Assembly (NCBI GenBank): GCA_019058245.1
Contig: JAHPZJ010000013.1
Span: 105,166 to 169,165 of the forward strand
Origin: Promethearchaeota archaeon
Lineage (GTDB): Archaea; Asgardarchaeota; Lokiarchaeia; Sigyniarchaeales; SOKP01
Length of the DNA: 64,000 bases
Direction: 5' to 3'
Of this stretch, positions 31,056-41,015 are shown one piece after another (the first letter of the stretch is position 1; every line of letters starts with the position of its first letter). The notes under the pieces are model-generated. The model ran no database searches, was not told the origin of the DNA, and was given only the letters and a program-made list of their open reading frames with translations. The position numbers and the translations under genes were made by a program.

Positions 31056-32254
31056 TTGAAAATATAACTTATAATTCGCTTTATCATCAGAGTTTATTAA
31101 ATTCTATTAACTTTAATTTATTTAAGGTTGAACCAGAGGAGATTGATATAAATGAGCAATTTAAATTACCTAAAGAATGGTATAGTACCTATTTGGGAAC
31201 TGCTACAGCGGAATTTCATGGTTTGAATCATAAATCAATACCCGCTATTAGAGATGAAAATAGAAATGCAATAATTCCAGAAAAATTCATTGAAATTGAA
31301 GGAAAAATCTTTTATTTATCAGTAAAAGGATGTGGAGCATATGAAGATATGTTTTTTGGGGGAAAACTTAACCCTAGTAAAATAAAGAACGCATGTCGAG
31401 ACTTAAAATATCTAGACAAAATTGAAAAATTATCCACTGGATTAGGATTTATAATGGGGGAGTCTTGGATGGGTGAAAGTCCATATGGAGCTCAAGGCTT
31501 TATTAATGGATTTGATGAATTGAACTTTTCTAGAATTGCTAAATTGGATTCTATTAATGGTGCTTATATCTGTCCCTCTATAGCTGTTATTAAACTCCCT
31601 AAATATATAGAAGACACCGCGAGAAATTTCTTTTGGTTTCGAACCTATAAAAATCATTTCTATCAAATACTACGTCTGCTTCCTTCAAATATACGATTAT
31701 ATTTTGAATCATCTAACGTAGTTGCTAATCCTGGTTCTATTTTTAAATTATTTGAGATTAATACTGTAGATAAAGCACAAATTTTTGAATTAAATTTTAT
31801 CAAAAGTGGAATTGCTCTTTTAACACTTTATACTCGTTCTGCAATAATTGAAGGAAATCAAGTTAAAGGTATTTATTTTCAAGATGTATGGTTAGATAAA
31901 GATTGTGTAGTAGCTCCAAATGGAACAATTCATTTCGCTGATATTGAAGGATTTATTTGGAAAAAAGTATCTATTGATAAATATAATGAAATTCAGAAAA
32001 AAGAATGGCAGAAATTAATCTATGAGTTCCTATATGCTCTGGTTCAAATTGACTCATATCGTCATTTATTAGAAGAACGTCAAATTTCATGGTCAAAACA
32101 GAGAGAAGAATTAGTATTAATGATTTCTGAAGCGTTAAATAGAGATTTTTTTACTTATGTGGAAAATAAAAAAGGCAATTTAAAAATTATCATAGAGGGA
32201 AAAGATTTGCCCTCAATTGATATACCAATATTAGAGAAGGTGCATCAAGTTTGA
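31052..32254 (+). CDS. Hypothetical protein, possible atypical kinase/SelO-like fold (probable CTG start overlapping the upstream TGA)
   Basis: Frame open from 31052; LSVKGCG, ESPYG, DKDCVV...HFADIE. Confidence 0.6.
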   Translation: MIENITYNSLYHQSLLNSINFNLFKVEPEEIDINEQFKLPKEWYSTYLGTATAEFHGLNHKSIPAIRDENRNAIIPEKFIEIEGKIFYLSVKGCGAYEDMFFGGKLNPSKIKNACRDLKYLDKIEKLSTGLGFIMGESWMGESPYGAQGFINGFDELNFSRIAKLDSINGAYICPSIAVIKLPKYIEDTARNFFWFRTYKNHFYQILRLLPSNIRLYFESSNVVANPGSIFKLFEINTVDKAQIFELNFIKSGIALLTLYTRSAIIEGNQVKGIYFQDVWLDKDCVVAPNGTIHFADIEGFIWKKVSIDKYNEIQKKEWQKLIYEFLYALVQIDSYRHLLEERQISWSKQREELVLMISEALNRDFFTYVENKKGNLKIIIEGKDLPSIDIPILEKVHQV

Positions 32255-33762
32255 GATGTGAAAGAGCTTTAGAGATATTAAATTCTATAAAAAATAAAAA
32301 GGATATAATAACTTCTTATGAAGAAATATCGGAATTAATTGAATTTTATTTAATTTCTGAATTTGAAGCTGTTATCCCAAAGATTTCAAGAAAAAATGAA
32401 TTATTAGATTTGAGAAAAAATTATATAAAGATGTCAAGCGATTTAAGACAAGCATATCAAAACTTAGTAACTCTAGAGGGAGATTATAATCATGTATCAA
32501 CTATGAACCGTTTTTTATCCTATTTAAAAATTGGAAGAGGTGCTCGATTAAAGAAGGATACATCAGATTTAGATCAATTCATAAAAAATAAAGAAAATGA
32601 TCTGAAAAAATTGAAGGACGATTTATTAAAACTCAATATTGAAATTGAGTCTTATGAAAGAGCAGTGAAAGTTAATGGAATTAGAGTCATTCTTACTCCC
32701 GTAGGTGAAACGATGATTGATGAAATAGAATCTCGGAGGAGATTTTATTCTAGAGAACTTAAAGATCTTGTTATTGTTTTAAATAAATTAGATGATACTT
32801 TCAATACTTTAATTAATAATATAGGAAATATAATGAAAAGTAATACTTTTTCAGCAGTATGGGCTTTATATCTTCTTAATACAGATATGCTGAATCTAAT
32901 TACAATTATGAATAAAATTACTTTGAAAGAACCTAATTATAACAATGCTCAAAAAAGAATGATGAAATTATCATTTTATCTCATGAATCATCCAGAAATT
33001 AATATTGGAGATAGTTATATGGACGTTAAAATTATCGAAAATAAATTAAGAGATATGTATCCTGAAAATGAACATAAGAGGGCATTTCATGAAATTCTCA
33101 ATAATGCTAATATATCAACTCATAAAATCAGAACAGCCATCTCGCTATTAGGTAAATTATTTACAGTAAGGGAATTAAAAAGTGAGGTTGGTAGAAAGGA
33201 AATTAATCAATATTACGATAATCTTAGAATTTTTATAGATTTTCAAAGAGATTTGCCAATGATCGGAAAAAAGACAATTCTCTATTCACATTTAAAGCAA
33301 GATATAGATGAAGAAATGACATTTGTATTGTTTCTTTTATCATTTTCTGCTAAATTAGATTCTTATAATTATTTTCATGAGCTTATTGAAGATATTCCCG
33401 AAGGTGCTAGGTTCTTTTCTGCAATTTCTTCATTATTCCCTTGGGATCCTGAAGAAACATGGCAAGTGCTATTAAGGGCACAATCGAATATATTAAAGGC
33501 CCAAAGTGCAAAATTTATCCCAGAATTAATGGAGTATGCCATCTTAATGTGCTTAAATCCCAATGTTTTAATGATTGAAAATAATATCTCTAAGGAACAA
33601 TTGGATAAATGGAAATTCTTAATAATTCCTACTATACATCTTAGTATATATTCTTTCTTTGAAAAGGATTTAGAATCTTACATAAGGAGAAGACCTTTAG
33701 CTTATATAATAGCACCAAGGTATTACCATCATTCAATGCTTCATTATCACGCTATTGGCTAA
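32251..33762 (+). CDS. Hypothetical helical/coiled-coil protein
   Basis: 503-aa ORF with a TTGA start/stop overlap with the upstream gene. Confidence 0.7.
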   Translation: MRCERALEILNSIKNKKDIITSYEEISELIEFYLISEFEAVIPKISRKNELLDLRKNYIKMSSDLRQAYQNLVTLEGDYNHVSTMNRFLSYLKIGRGARLKKDTSDLDQFIKNKENDLKKLKDDLLKLNIEIESYERAVKVNGIRVILTPVGETMIDEIESRRRFYSRELKDLVIVLNKLDDTFNTLINNIGNIMKSNTFSAVWALYLLNTDMLNLITIMNKITLKEPNYNNAQKRMMKLSFYLMNHPEINIGDSYMDVKIIENKLRDMYPENEHKRAFHEILNNANISTHKIRTAISLLGKLFTVRELKSEVGRKEINQYYDNLRIFIDFQRDLPMIGKKTILYSHLKQDIDEEMTFVLFLLSFSAKLDSYNYFHELIEDIPEGARFFSAISSLFPWDPEETWQVLLRAQSNILKAQSAKFIPELMEYAILMCLNPNVLMIENNISKEQLDKWKFLIIPTIHLSIYSFFEKDLESYIRRRPLAYIIAPRYYHHSMLHYHAIG

Positions 33763-33763
33763 A

Positions 33764-35437
33764 TTAAACTCTCCTTAAGAGATTCGTATCAATTGAATCT
33801 TTAAAAGAATCATAAAAAAGAGAGTAATATTTTTGAAAAAAATCTTTTTTTGTAGTCATTACAAACTTATTTTCTTTTTCTTCTATTTTTCCACTTGACC
33901 AAAAAATAGAACCATTAATATCAAAATCAAATTCATTTTGCCTTTTTACAATTTTACCTGCTTTTATAACATACTCAATATTTGATAAAGCTTTTTTTAT
34001 CTCTTCATAATTTTGAGAGATATCAATATCATCTATATTAATATTTAAGATATTTAAATCAGCATCAGCACCTAAACCAAGATTTCCCTTAATATTTGCT
34101 AACCCTAAGGATTTTGCGGGACTCACTCTTGTTAAACAAACAAATTCTAAAAAGTTTAATTCTTTACTGTTATTAGTTAAAGGATTATTTTTTAAGAAAT
34201 CATTGTTCATATCCTTCATGAAACTCTCACGAGCATTTTTACTTACTAACCATGTTGCTATTTCAGGAATATCTGAAATATTCGCATAATTAGGAAAATT
34301 TAAAGAAAAACTGACCTGAAATTTATTATTAACATTTAAAGCTAAATCAACTGCATTTGCCCATAAATTACATGTATTAGGATTACTTTTTTCTAAATTT
34401 CTAAAGAAAACAAATGAGTCCCCTTCAAATTCTACTGCAGAGCTTATTAATTTATAAGGATTATTATTAATATCTTCTGTCAAAAATGATGAAATTAATC
34501 TTCGATCTGATGTAATAACAGGATTTATTTGGTTAAATCCTATAAAAGAAACATCAATATCAAAATTTTGATTTTCATTCAAAAATTTAATTAATTCTTG
34601 ATTTTTTCCATCATAATTATATGAATTTGCATGAGCTATATGAAAAATTTGATCTCTTTCAAGATTTGAATCTGTAATTTGATTAGCTTTTATATTTAAT
34701 GATTTAATCTTATCTAAAATTTTAAGAAGATTGCTTTTACCAATTTCATTTTCATAACCTTCAATATGAGCATGGATTGAATGCGGTAATCCTAGTTTTT
34801 CTACACATTTTACAATATTTTCATATACATCCAAAGCAGAGAAATTATATAACCTCCCTGTTTGTGATGGGTCTTCTCTTAATTCTTTAAAATTCCAATT
34901 CTCGTTTTCAAATGGATTATAGATTTTAAATCCAAATCCATAAGTCTTTGATAATAAATCAGAAAGAAAAATTGCCATATCATCAATTTTTCCTCGTTGA
35001 TATTCTAATTCTAATGGCCAAAAATTACTAATATTCAAAAGCATAGCTTTATCGAGTATAGGTAAATGTTTAAAATTGAATATCGTTTGTTTTGCTAAAG
35101 AAGGAAAGACATTAGCTTCAAGGATAAAAGTATATCCATTTGAAATATAATTTCTGGCGATACTCTTTAATGATAATCTCTCCCAGATCTCTTTAAATTT
35201 ATTATTATTTGCACCTAATAACCTTGCCCAATTAACTTGCTGAGATGCCACATGCGTATGGATATCAATTGCGGAAGGCACGACTGTTTTTCCTTTTGCA
35301 TTGATCTCCTCGACATCTTTTTCATTGCTAAAATTTTCTACAATTTTCCCAGATTCAATTAAAATATCCTTAATTTCTCCGTTGATTTTGTTGATAGGAT
35401 CGAATATTAAACCATTTTTAATAATTAATCTGCTCAT
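33764..35437 (-). CDS. fwdA: Formylmethanofuran dehydrogenase subunit A-like amidohydrolase
   Basis: IKNG..FDP, IDIHTH, GFKIYNP, HSIHAH, LGLGADAD. Confidence 0.85.
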   Translation of the reverse strand: MSRLIIKNGLIFDPINKINGEIKDILIESGKIVENFSNEKDVEEINAKGKTVVPSAIDIHTHVASQQVNWARLLGANNNKFKEIWERLSLKSIARNYISNGYTFILEANVFPSLAKQTIFNFKHLPILDKAMLLNISNFWPLELEYQRGKIDDMAIFLSDLLSKTYGFGFKIYNPFENENWNFKELREDPSQTGRLYNFSALDVYENIVKCVEKLGLPHSIHAHIEGYENEIGKSNLLKILDKIKSLNIKANQITDSNLERDQIFHIAHANSYNYDGKNQELIKFLNENQNFDIDVSFIGFNQINPVITSDRRLISSFLTEDINNNPYKLISSAVEFEGDSFVFFRNLEKSNPNTCNLWANAVDLALNVNNKFQVSFSLNFPNYANISDIPEIATWLVSKNARESFMKDMNNDFLKNNPLTNNSKELNFLEFVCLTRVSPAKSLGLANIKGNLGLGADADLNILNINIDDIDISQNYEEIKKALSNIEYVIKAGKIVKRQNEFDFDINGSIFWSSGKIEEKENKFVMTTKKDFFQKYYSLFYDSFKDSIDTNLLRRV

Positions 35438-35455
35438 TTTTAAAGTACCTATTAT

Positions 35456-35830
35456 TCATTTCCCTTTAATTGACTTTAATAAATCTAGTAGATCTAAAGT
35501 TGGTTCTTGTGAAATTTCAACATTTACTTTAAGATTTTTAAAAATTAATTCATTATTCTCAATACCAGTAATTTGATTAGCCCAAATTGAAACGGGCATA
35601 ATAATAATACCTAATGGAACAGTATCATTTTGTTGTGCTTTTATAATAACACTTCCAAATTTGCTAGTTATTTTTAAATTCGATTTTGGTGTAATATCTA
35701 GATTTTTATAGTCTTCTGGATTAAGAAATCCAATTGCTAGTTTTTCCTTAATGATATTATCATTAGTCTCAGAATACTCTTTTGCTTGATCATAATCTAC
35801 CATTCTAATTGTATTTACTAATAATTCCAT
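35456..35830 (-). CDS. fwdD: Formylmethanofuran dehydrogenase subunit D-like
   Basis: NPED...ITSKFGSV...GIIIMP..WAN. Confidence 0.8.
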   Translation of the reverse strand: MELLVNTIRMVDYDQAKEYSETNDNIIKEKLAIGFLNPEDYKNLDITPKSNLKITSKFGSVIIKAQQNDTVPLGIIIMPVSIWANQITGIENNELIFKNLKVNVEISQEPTLDLLDLLKSIKGK

Positions 35831-35834
35831 AATT

Positions 35835-37139
35835 TCATCCTTGTTTTAGATTTCTAATAATTTTTTTAATTATTTCTTCATCTGAAAGAATATTTTTTGG
35901 AGGATTTATAATTTTTTCAAGATTTAGAGGAATATGGTCTATTCGATAGGCTAATCCATCAGTCTCAATTCCAGTTAAGGTTGAAGGTATTATTACATCT
36001 GCTATATGGAATGTTGCAGTTTTAGTATTATCTATAAGAATCAGAGGTTTCGATATTAATTTTTTACTCAGTTGTTTGGGAAAATGTGAAATTGGATCTG
36101 TACCTACTATTATTGAACAATCAAAATCATCCTTTTCTATTTTTGAAATAATTGTATCTGAGGTTTCTGTTAATTGTTGATTTGTAAATTGTAAACTATG
36201 ATTTATTCCATAGTTCGATAAAGCAACGTGATCAAAACCCCACATATTATAATGCCCTCCTAACATAAATGCAGAAATACGCCCTTTTTCATGTTTAGCA
36301 TTAATTAATTGAATTAATTCAAGCATTTCCTTAATAACACTATTACCGTTTTGAGCATTTAAAATTCCTTGCCCGATAAAGATAATCCCATTCTCTGTAC
36401 CAGTCAAATGAAGCAACAATCTCTTTAGATCGTTTTTATCTATGCCTGCTACACCTTCATCCGGAAAGCTATTAACTCTACAGCATTCATCTTTTAATAC
36501 CCGGATTAAGTCGATATCTTTCGCGGGTTCAATTTGAAGTGCCACATCACGTACTCCCATAACATTAAAAGAGGCAGTTTTAATAGGATCTATTATAATT
36601 AATGTTTTTATCTCTCGTCCTGTCATTCGAAATTTGCCACGAGAAAAAAGCACTTTATTCAATAGACGAGGAATTGATTCAGCCGCATTTGCACCCCATA
36701 AAATTAACAAATCTGATTTATTAATAGCTTCTCCGATTGTTGTTAAAGTAAGACCCGTTTCTTTAGAAGTATTCAAAACCTTTCCTTGGCATATTGTTGA
36801 GTTAGAATCAATAAAACCATTAATAAGACATGCTAATTCCATTCCTTTTAATTGAGCTTCGCAACTTACTGTTGAAAAACCATATAATAGAGGTTTAGTA
36901 GAATTTTTAATAATTTTAAATACTTGTTCAAAAGCTTCTTCTAATGTTGTTTTAATTAATTCTCCATTTTTTTTTATATAGGGATTGAAAATTCTATTTT
37001 TTGCAGATACGCGATCAAATCTTTCTTTTCCTTTCAAACAAGCTCCTATAACTTCATCTATATATAAACCATCAGTACTAATAATGATATCATCACATAA
37101 AAGAGAGCATCCTGAACAAGTAACACGTTTATTTACCAT
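35835..37139 (-). CDS. fwdB: Formylmethanofuran dehydrogenase subunit B-like
   Basis: CSGCSLLCDD, WGAN, GHYN, GTDPISHFP, YRID. Confidence 0.85.
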   Translation of the reverse strand: MVNKRVTCSGCSLLCDDIIISTDGLYIDEVIGACLKGKERFDRVSAKNRIFNPYIKKNGELIKTTLEEAFEQVFKIIKNSTKPLLYGFSTVSCEAQLKGMELACLINGFIDSNSTICQGKVLNTSKETGLTLTTIGEAINKSDLLILWGANAAESIPRLLNKVLFSRGKFRMTGREIKTLIIIDPIKTASFNVMGVRDVALQIEPAKDIDLIRVLKDECCRVNSFPDEGVAGIDKNDLKRLLLHLTGTENGIIFIGQGILNAQNGNSVIKEMLELIQLINAKHEKGRISAFMLGGHYNMWGFDHVALSNYGINHSLQFTNQQLTETSDTIISKIEKDDFDCSIIVGTDPISHFPKQLSKKLISKPLILIDNTKTATFHIADVIIPSTLTGIETDGLAYRIDHIPLNLEKIINPPKNILSDEEIIKKIIRNLKQG

Positions 37140-37185
37140 TATATATTCCTCTTATTTCATTGAAAATTTTGTTATAATTTTTCAA

Positions 37186-37653
37186 TCAAACATAATCAAT
37201 TTTTATAGCTTCTCGAGGGCAATAGGTTTCGCAAACTCGACATTCTCTTTCTCTTCCTTCTGCTTCTATTCTTCTACAATGCTTTATCGCCAATAGTTCA
37301 CACTTTCCCCCTTTAATTTGAAATAATTGGTGTTTTTCAGGTGGATAATCTGGTGCTTTCCCACTTAAAGTTGGAGGACAATATCTCGCATTAACAGGAC
37401 AAACCGTTACGCAAATACCACACCCATCACACAATTCTTCATCAACATCAATTCGAAGCTCTTTTTCCTTTCCCTCTTCAGCGCCTAATAATTCCTTTAA
37501 TTTATCATATTCTTTTTTATATTTTGGTTCTAAGAGGGGAGTACAATCATCAACTTTTACTTTGCCTTGCAATAAATCCAGCGCAAAGGCCATGCAAGTA
37601 GGCTTTCCACACTTTTTACAATTAGTTTTGGGTAAAAATTTATATAATTCCAT
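37186..37653 (-). CDS. Fe-S protein (CdhE-like N-terminal Fe-S domain + ferredoxin), FwdG-like
   Basis: LPKTNCKKCGKPTCMAFA...C; CDGCGICVTVCP; CRVCETYCP. Confidence 0.8.
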   Translation of the reverse strand: MELYKFLPKTNCKKCGKPTCMAFALDLLQGKVKVDDCTPLLEPKYKKEYDKLKELLGAEEGKEKELRIDVDEELCDGCGICVTVCPVNARYCPPTLSGKAPDYPPEKHQLFQIKGGKCELLAIKHCRRIEAEGRERECRVCETYCPREAIKIDYV

Positions 37654-37915
37654 AAAGTTACTTACAGGAATTTAAAAACACCTTGACAATTTAATTTTAT
37701 AACGTTTTCCAGTAAAGAATAATATTTTGAAATTTATTAATTTCTTTAGTTTATTTATTATAAAATCCTCATAATAGGAACTTAATTTATTAACTAAAAA
37801 TCCAGAAACTTTCATAAAATATTAAAGAAAAAGTTAAAGCGACTTCTTTTCTTCCTTAAATTAATTAATAATTCTATAAATAGTATAATCAGAAAAATTT
37901 ATGAGATAAGAAATT

Positions 37916-38767
37916 ATGACAGAAAAAGAGATACCAGATATAGATTTAAAAGAGATGATGATAGACGAGAGAGAAAAAAACATTAAAAGTAATATGGATA
38001 AGATTAAACATAAAATCGTAGTAATTTCAGGAAAGGGGGGAGTAGGTAAAACCACAGTTGCGATTAATCTTGCGATGAGCTTAGCAAGTGTAGGTTTGAG
38101 AGTTGGAATACTTGATGTAGATATTACAGGACCAAATGTAATAAAAATGCTTGGAATCAGTTCAGAATTGAAACCTAGAGTTGATGCTGAAGCTAAACGA
38201 TTTTATCCTATTGATGGACCTTTAAACCTTAAGGTTATGAGTATGGCATTTTTAACTCTTAATCCAGATGAACCTGTAATTTGGCGAGGACCAATGAAAA
38301 TGAGTGCTGTAAGACAGTTTCTAGGAGATGCTGAGTGGGGAGAACTTGATTACTTAATTTGTGATTTACCTCCTGGTACATCTGATGAAACGTTAGATAT
38401 ATTACAGCTTATTCCTGATGAAAATGTTATAGTTGTTACAACACCTCAGGAAGTTGCTTTAATGGATGCAAGAAAAACAATAAAAATGGCTCTTGTAATG
38501 CAGAGAAAAATACTAGGGATTATTGAGAATATGTCTGGTTTTGATTGTCCACATTGTGGAAAATATATTGATTTATATCCTCCAGGTGGAGCAGAAAAAG
38601 CGAGTGTAGATTTTAATATTTCTCTTTTAGGTAAAATACCTTTTGAAATAGAAGTTAGTCAACAAGGAGATCAAGGATTGCCATTTATTATTAAATATCC
38701 TGAAAGTAAATCTGCTAAAGCATTCAAAGATGCTGTTAAAAAAATTAGAAATTTATTAGAAAATTAA
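37916..38767 (+). CDS. mrp: Mrp/NBP35 ATPase (second paralog)
   Basis: Same motifs as 11133-12005 and visibly near-identical. Confidence 0.92.
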   Translation: MTEKEIPDIDLKEMMIDEREKNIKSNMDKIKHKIVVISGKGGVGKTTVAINLAMSLASVGLRVGILDVDITGPNVIKMLGISSELKPRVDAEAKRFYPIDGPLNLKVMSMAFLTLNPDEPVIWRGPMKMSAVRQFLGDAEWGELDYLICDLPPGTSDETLDILQLIPDENVIVVTTPQEVALMDARKTIKMALVMQRKILGIIENMSGFDCPHCGKYIDLYPPGGAEKASVDFNISLLGKIPFEIEVSQQGDQGLPFIIKYPESKSAKAFKDAVKKIRNLLEN

Positions 38768-38985
38768 AAAAAATTTTATTTTTCTCTTTTAATAATCAAA
38801 TTATTTATTGTTTGTGTCATTGACACGAATTTATAAAATATCATAAACTTGATTGTTAAGGGTTATACCTATTTTCCAGATAATATAACATATTATTAAA
38901 ATGAATAATTAAATGATTTTATTAAGCTATATGATTTTTAGTTACTTGGAGAATTTATTTAACTAATAATGGGAATATTATCATT

Positions 38986-39468
38986 ATGGATTCTAAACTC
39001 CTAAAAGGTATTGTTATATGTAAAGAGTCTGGAGAATATCTCTTAGATCTCATTTTAGACACAAAAATTAATCCTGTATTACTATCTTCATTTGTTGGAG
39101 CACTAGGGCTTTTCGGAGAAAATTTAGGACGGATTGAGGAGATTAATATAAAAGGCCTTGATGTAGAAATGATAGTTGTCTATAAGTTTAAATTAATTTT
39201 CGTTGCTATTCTGGATAAAGAATTTAAAAAATATAATATAAGAGAAGAAGCGGAAAAAGCATTGGATATATTTTATTCATTATATCATAAAGAAATTGAA
39301 GCAAATTGTACCGAAGTTAGTCAATTTATAGAATTTAAAAATATACTATTTTTCCAAATTGAACAATATTTCGATAGGATTAAAAATTCACAAGGAAAGT
39401 CAAAAATCGGAGATTTTGGCTTTTTTACTGAAGCCATAAAGAAATTAAGAACTAACTCAACCAATTAA
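38986..39468 (+). CDS. Hypothetical protein, possible longin/roadblock-like fold
   Basis: ESGEYL...LLSSFVGALGLFG pattern. Confidence 0.6.
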   Translation: MDSKLLKGIVICKESGEYLLDLILDTKINPVLLSSFVGALGLFGENLGRIEEINIKGLDVEMIVVYKFKLIFVAILDKEFKKYNIREEAEKALDIFYSLYHKEIEANCTEVSQFIEFKNILFFQIEQYFDRIKNSQGKSKIGDFGFFTEAIKKLRTNSTN

Positions 39469-40349
39469 AATCTTTGAGTTTTCTTTTTAAAAATTAAATC
39501 ACCTATCTTAACTCCAAATATTCTTTCCATTAATGAACATTTGGCTTGTAACAAATAATATACATCTTTATGAGGAATATCAGTCCCATGAAGGCACTCA
39601 AAATTTCCTTGTCCTTTTGATAAAATGACTCCATTTTCTTTAAAGAAGATTTTTTTAAATTCTTCTGGGGATGTAGCAATATCTACGCCTGGGACATCAC
39701 TGGCTTCTACAACTTGAACCAAATCGGTTATGCCTACAAGTTTAGCATCCTCTATAGTTATATCATTTATAATTGGCGCCCCCCTGACAGAATAGATAAT
39801 CTTTAGATTAGGATATTTTTTTTTAATAATAGTAATTAATAATTTATCAAATACAATTTCTCCACAATTATCTCCAATTATTAATAATTCATTAGTTTCT
39901 TGAAGTGATTTTTTAAATTTTGTATAATCATTTATAGCAAAATTTTTTCTCTCGATATTTCTTATATCAGAAATAAAATCGATTCTATGCTGACTTGCAA
40001 AATCAATAGTGTTTGCAATTGCAGCAACTAATATTGCTTTATATAAAGTATCTTTTGAACTTTCAACAAAACTTTTTACTTCTTCATATGATTGCAAAGC
40101 AAGATGATTGTATTTTTTTTTTAAAGAAGAATATGGATCTAATTCTCCCAGAGTCTCTGAAACTATTGTATATGCAACTTTTCCGAGAATTGGAGCGGGA
40201 AGATTATTTATTTCATTATTTATCATATAATTCATTAATCTTTTTTGTGCAGAGATAATAATATCACGAGAAATATCGGGATTAAATAATTTAAATGCTT
40301 TTAATATTTGATTAAAAAGACAACCAATACATTCAGGCTCTAATTTCAT
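39465..40349 (-). CDS. ARMT1-like / DUF89 damage-control phosphatase
   Basis: ECIGC, ANTID, DNCGEIVFD, IINDIT, SKGQGNFE. Confidence 0.9.
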   Translation of the reverse strand: MKLEPECIGCLFNQILKAFKLFNPDISRDIIISAQKRLMNYMINNEINNLPAPILGKVAYTIVSETLGELDPYSSLKKKYNHLALQSYEEVKSFVESSKDTLYKAILVAAIANTIDFASQHRIDFISDIRNIERKNFAINDYTKFKKSLQETNELLIIGDNCGEIVFDKLLITIIKKKYPNLKIIYSVRGAPIINDITIEDAKLVGITDLVQVVEASDVPGVDIATSPEEFKKIFFKENGVILSKGQGNFECLHGTDIPHKDVYYLLQAKCSLMERIFGVKIGDLIFKKKTQRF

Positions 40350-40507
40350 AATATTGAAATAAAAATCTATTATATTAGAGAATTCAGAATTCCTTTAAAT
40401 TCTTTCAAATCTAGAAGTATTAAGTTTTAAATCCAGATTGATTAATACATTAATGTAAATTTTATTTTAAATCTTAATCAGTTCCTAATCTTGTTAAGAG
40501 AGGTGAA

Positions 40508-40564
40508 GTGGAATTATCAGTAGAAAAACGAGTTGCGAAAGAAAAGGCTATTCAAGTACTCTAA
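40508..40564 (+). CDS. Candidate micropeptide (16-18 aa)
   Basis: GAGAGGTGA SD, ORF (VE)LSVEKRVAKEKAIQVL*, T-tract immediately after. Confidence 0.4.
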   Translation: MELSVEKRVAKEKAIQVL

Positions 40565-40640
40565 AACTCTCTTTTTTTTTTTAATTTTATTTAAATTGAC
40601 AGATTGTTAATTTCCCTTATAGATAAAAGTGAAAAAAAAA

Positions 40641-40793
40641 TTATAGATTTATATTAATTTTAATATCTTTAATATTATCTGGAACTCCTTTTGTTGAATT
40701 TAAATAACCTATTATTATATTTGTAAGCATCTCTTGCATAAAATCTTTTAAGGGTATCTTTTTTTCATTTACTTCAAGTATAACTTTTAGCAT
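40641..40793 (-). CDS. 50-aa protein resembling the MobB C-terminal domain
   Basis: MLKVILEVNEKKIPLKDFMQEMLTNIIIGYLNSTKGVPDNIKDIKININL; below the track cutoff. Confidence 0.6.
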   Translation of the reverse strand: MLKVILEVNEKKIPLKDFMQEMLTNIIIGYLNSTKGVPDNIKDIKININL

Positions 40794-40944
40794 ATTTTAC
40801 GTAGATTTGCTGATTTTTTAAAATTTATTATTATGGAATTTACTATAATTATAAATAAATAAAATAAAACCATTCTTTTTAGTTAAATATAGTCTCGAAT
40901 ATCAAATTTTGACTACTTGAGATTTTTTATAATATAGATATTTT

Positions 40945-41015
40945 TTACCAAAGACCTTGCAAGGTAAGTCATCCTTCTACTAGCATTTTTTAGAAAGACT
41001 CATTCTATTTGGTAA
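40945..41015 (-). ncRNA. Eukaryote-type SECIS element (3' UTR)
   Basis: Helix I TTACCAAA/TTTGGTAA; core ATGAG...TGAC; helix II TCTTTCTA/TAGAAGGA; A-run apical loop. Confidence 0.75.

Noticed and set aside
5597..37653. Sec read-through at other TGA stops (6034, 6264, 7434, 12532, fwd genes)
   Set aside because: The proteins look complete at the TGA, another stop often follows within a few codons, and no SECIS-like hairpin was seen
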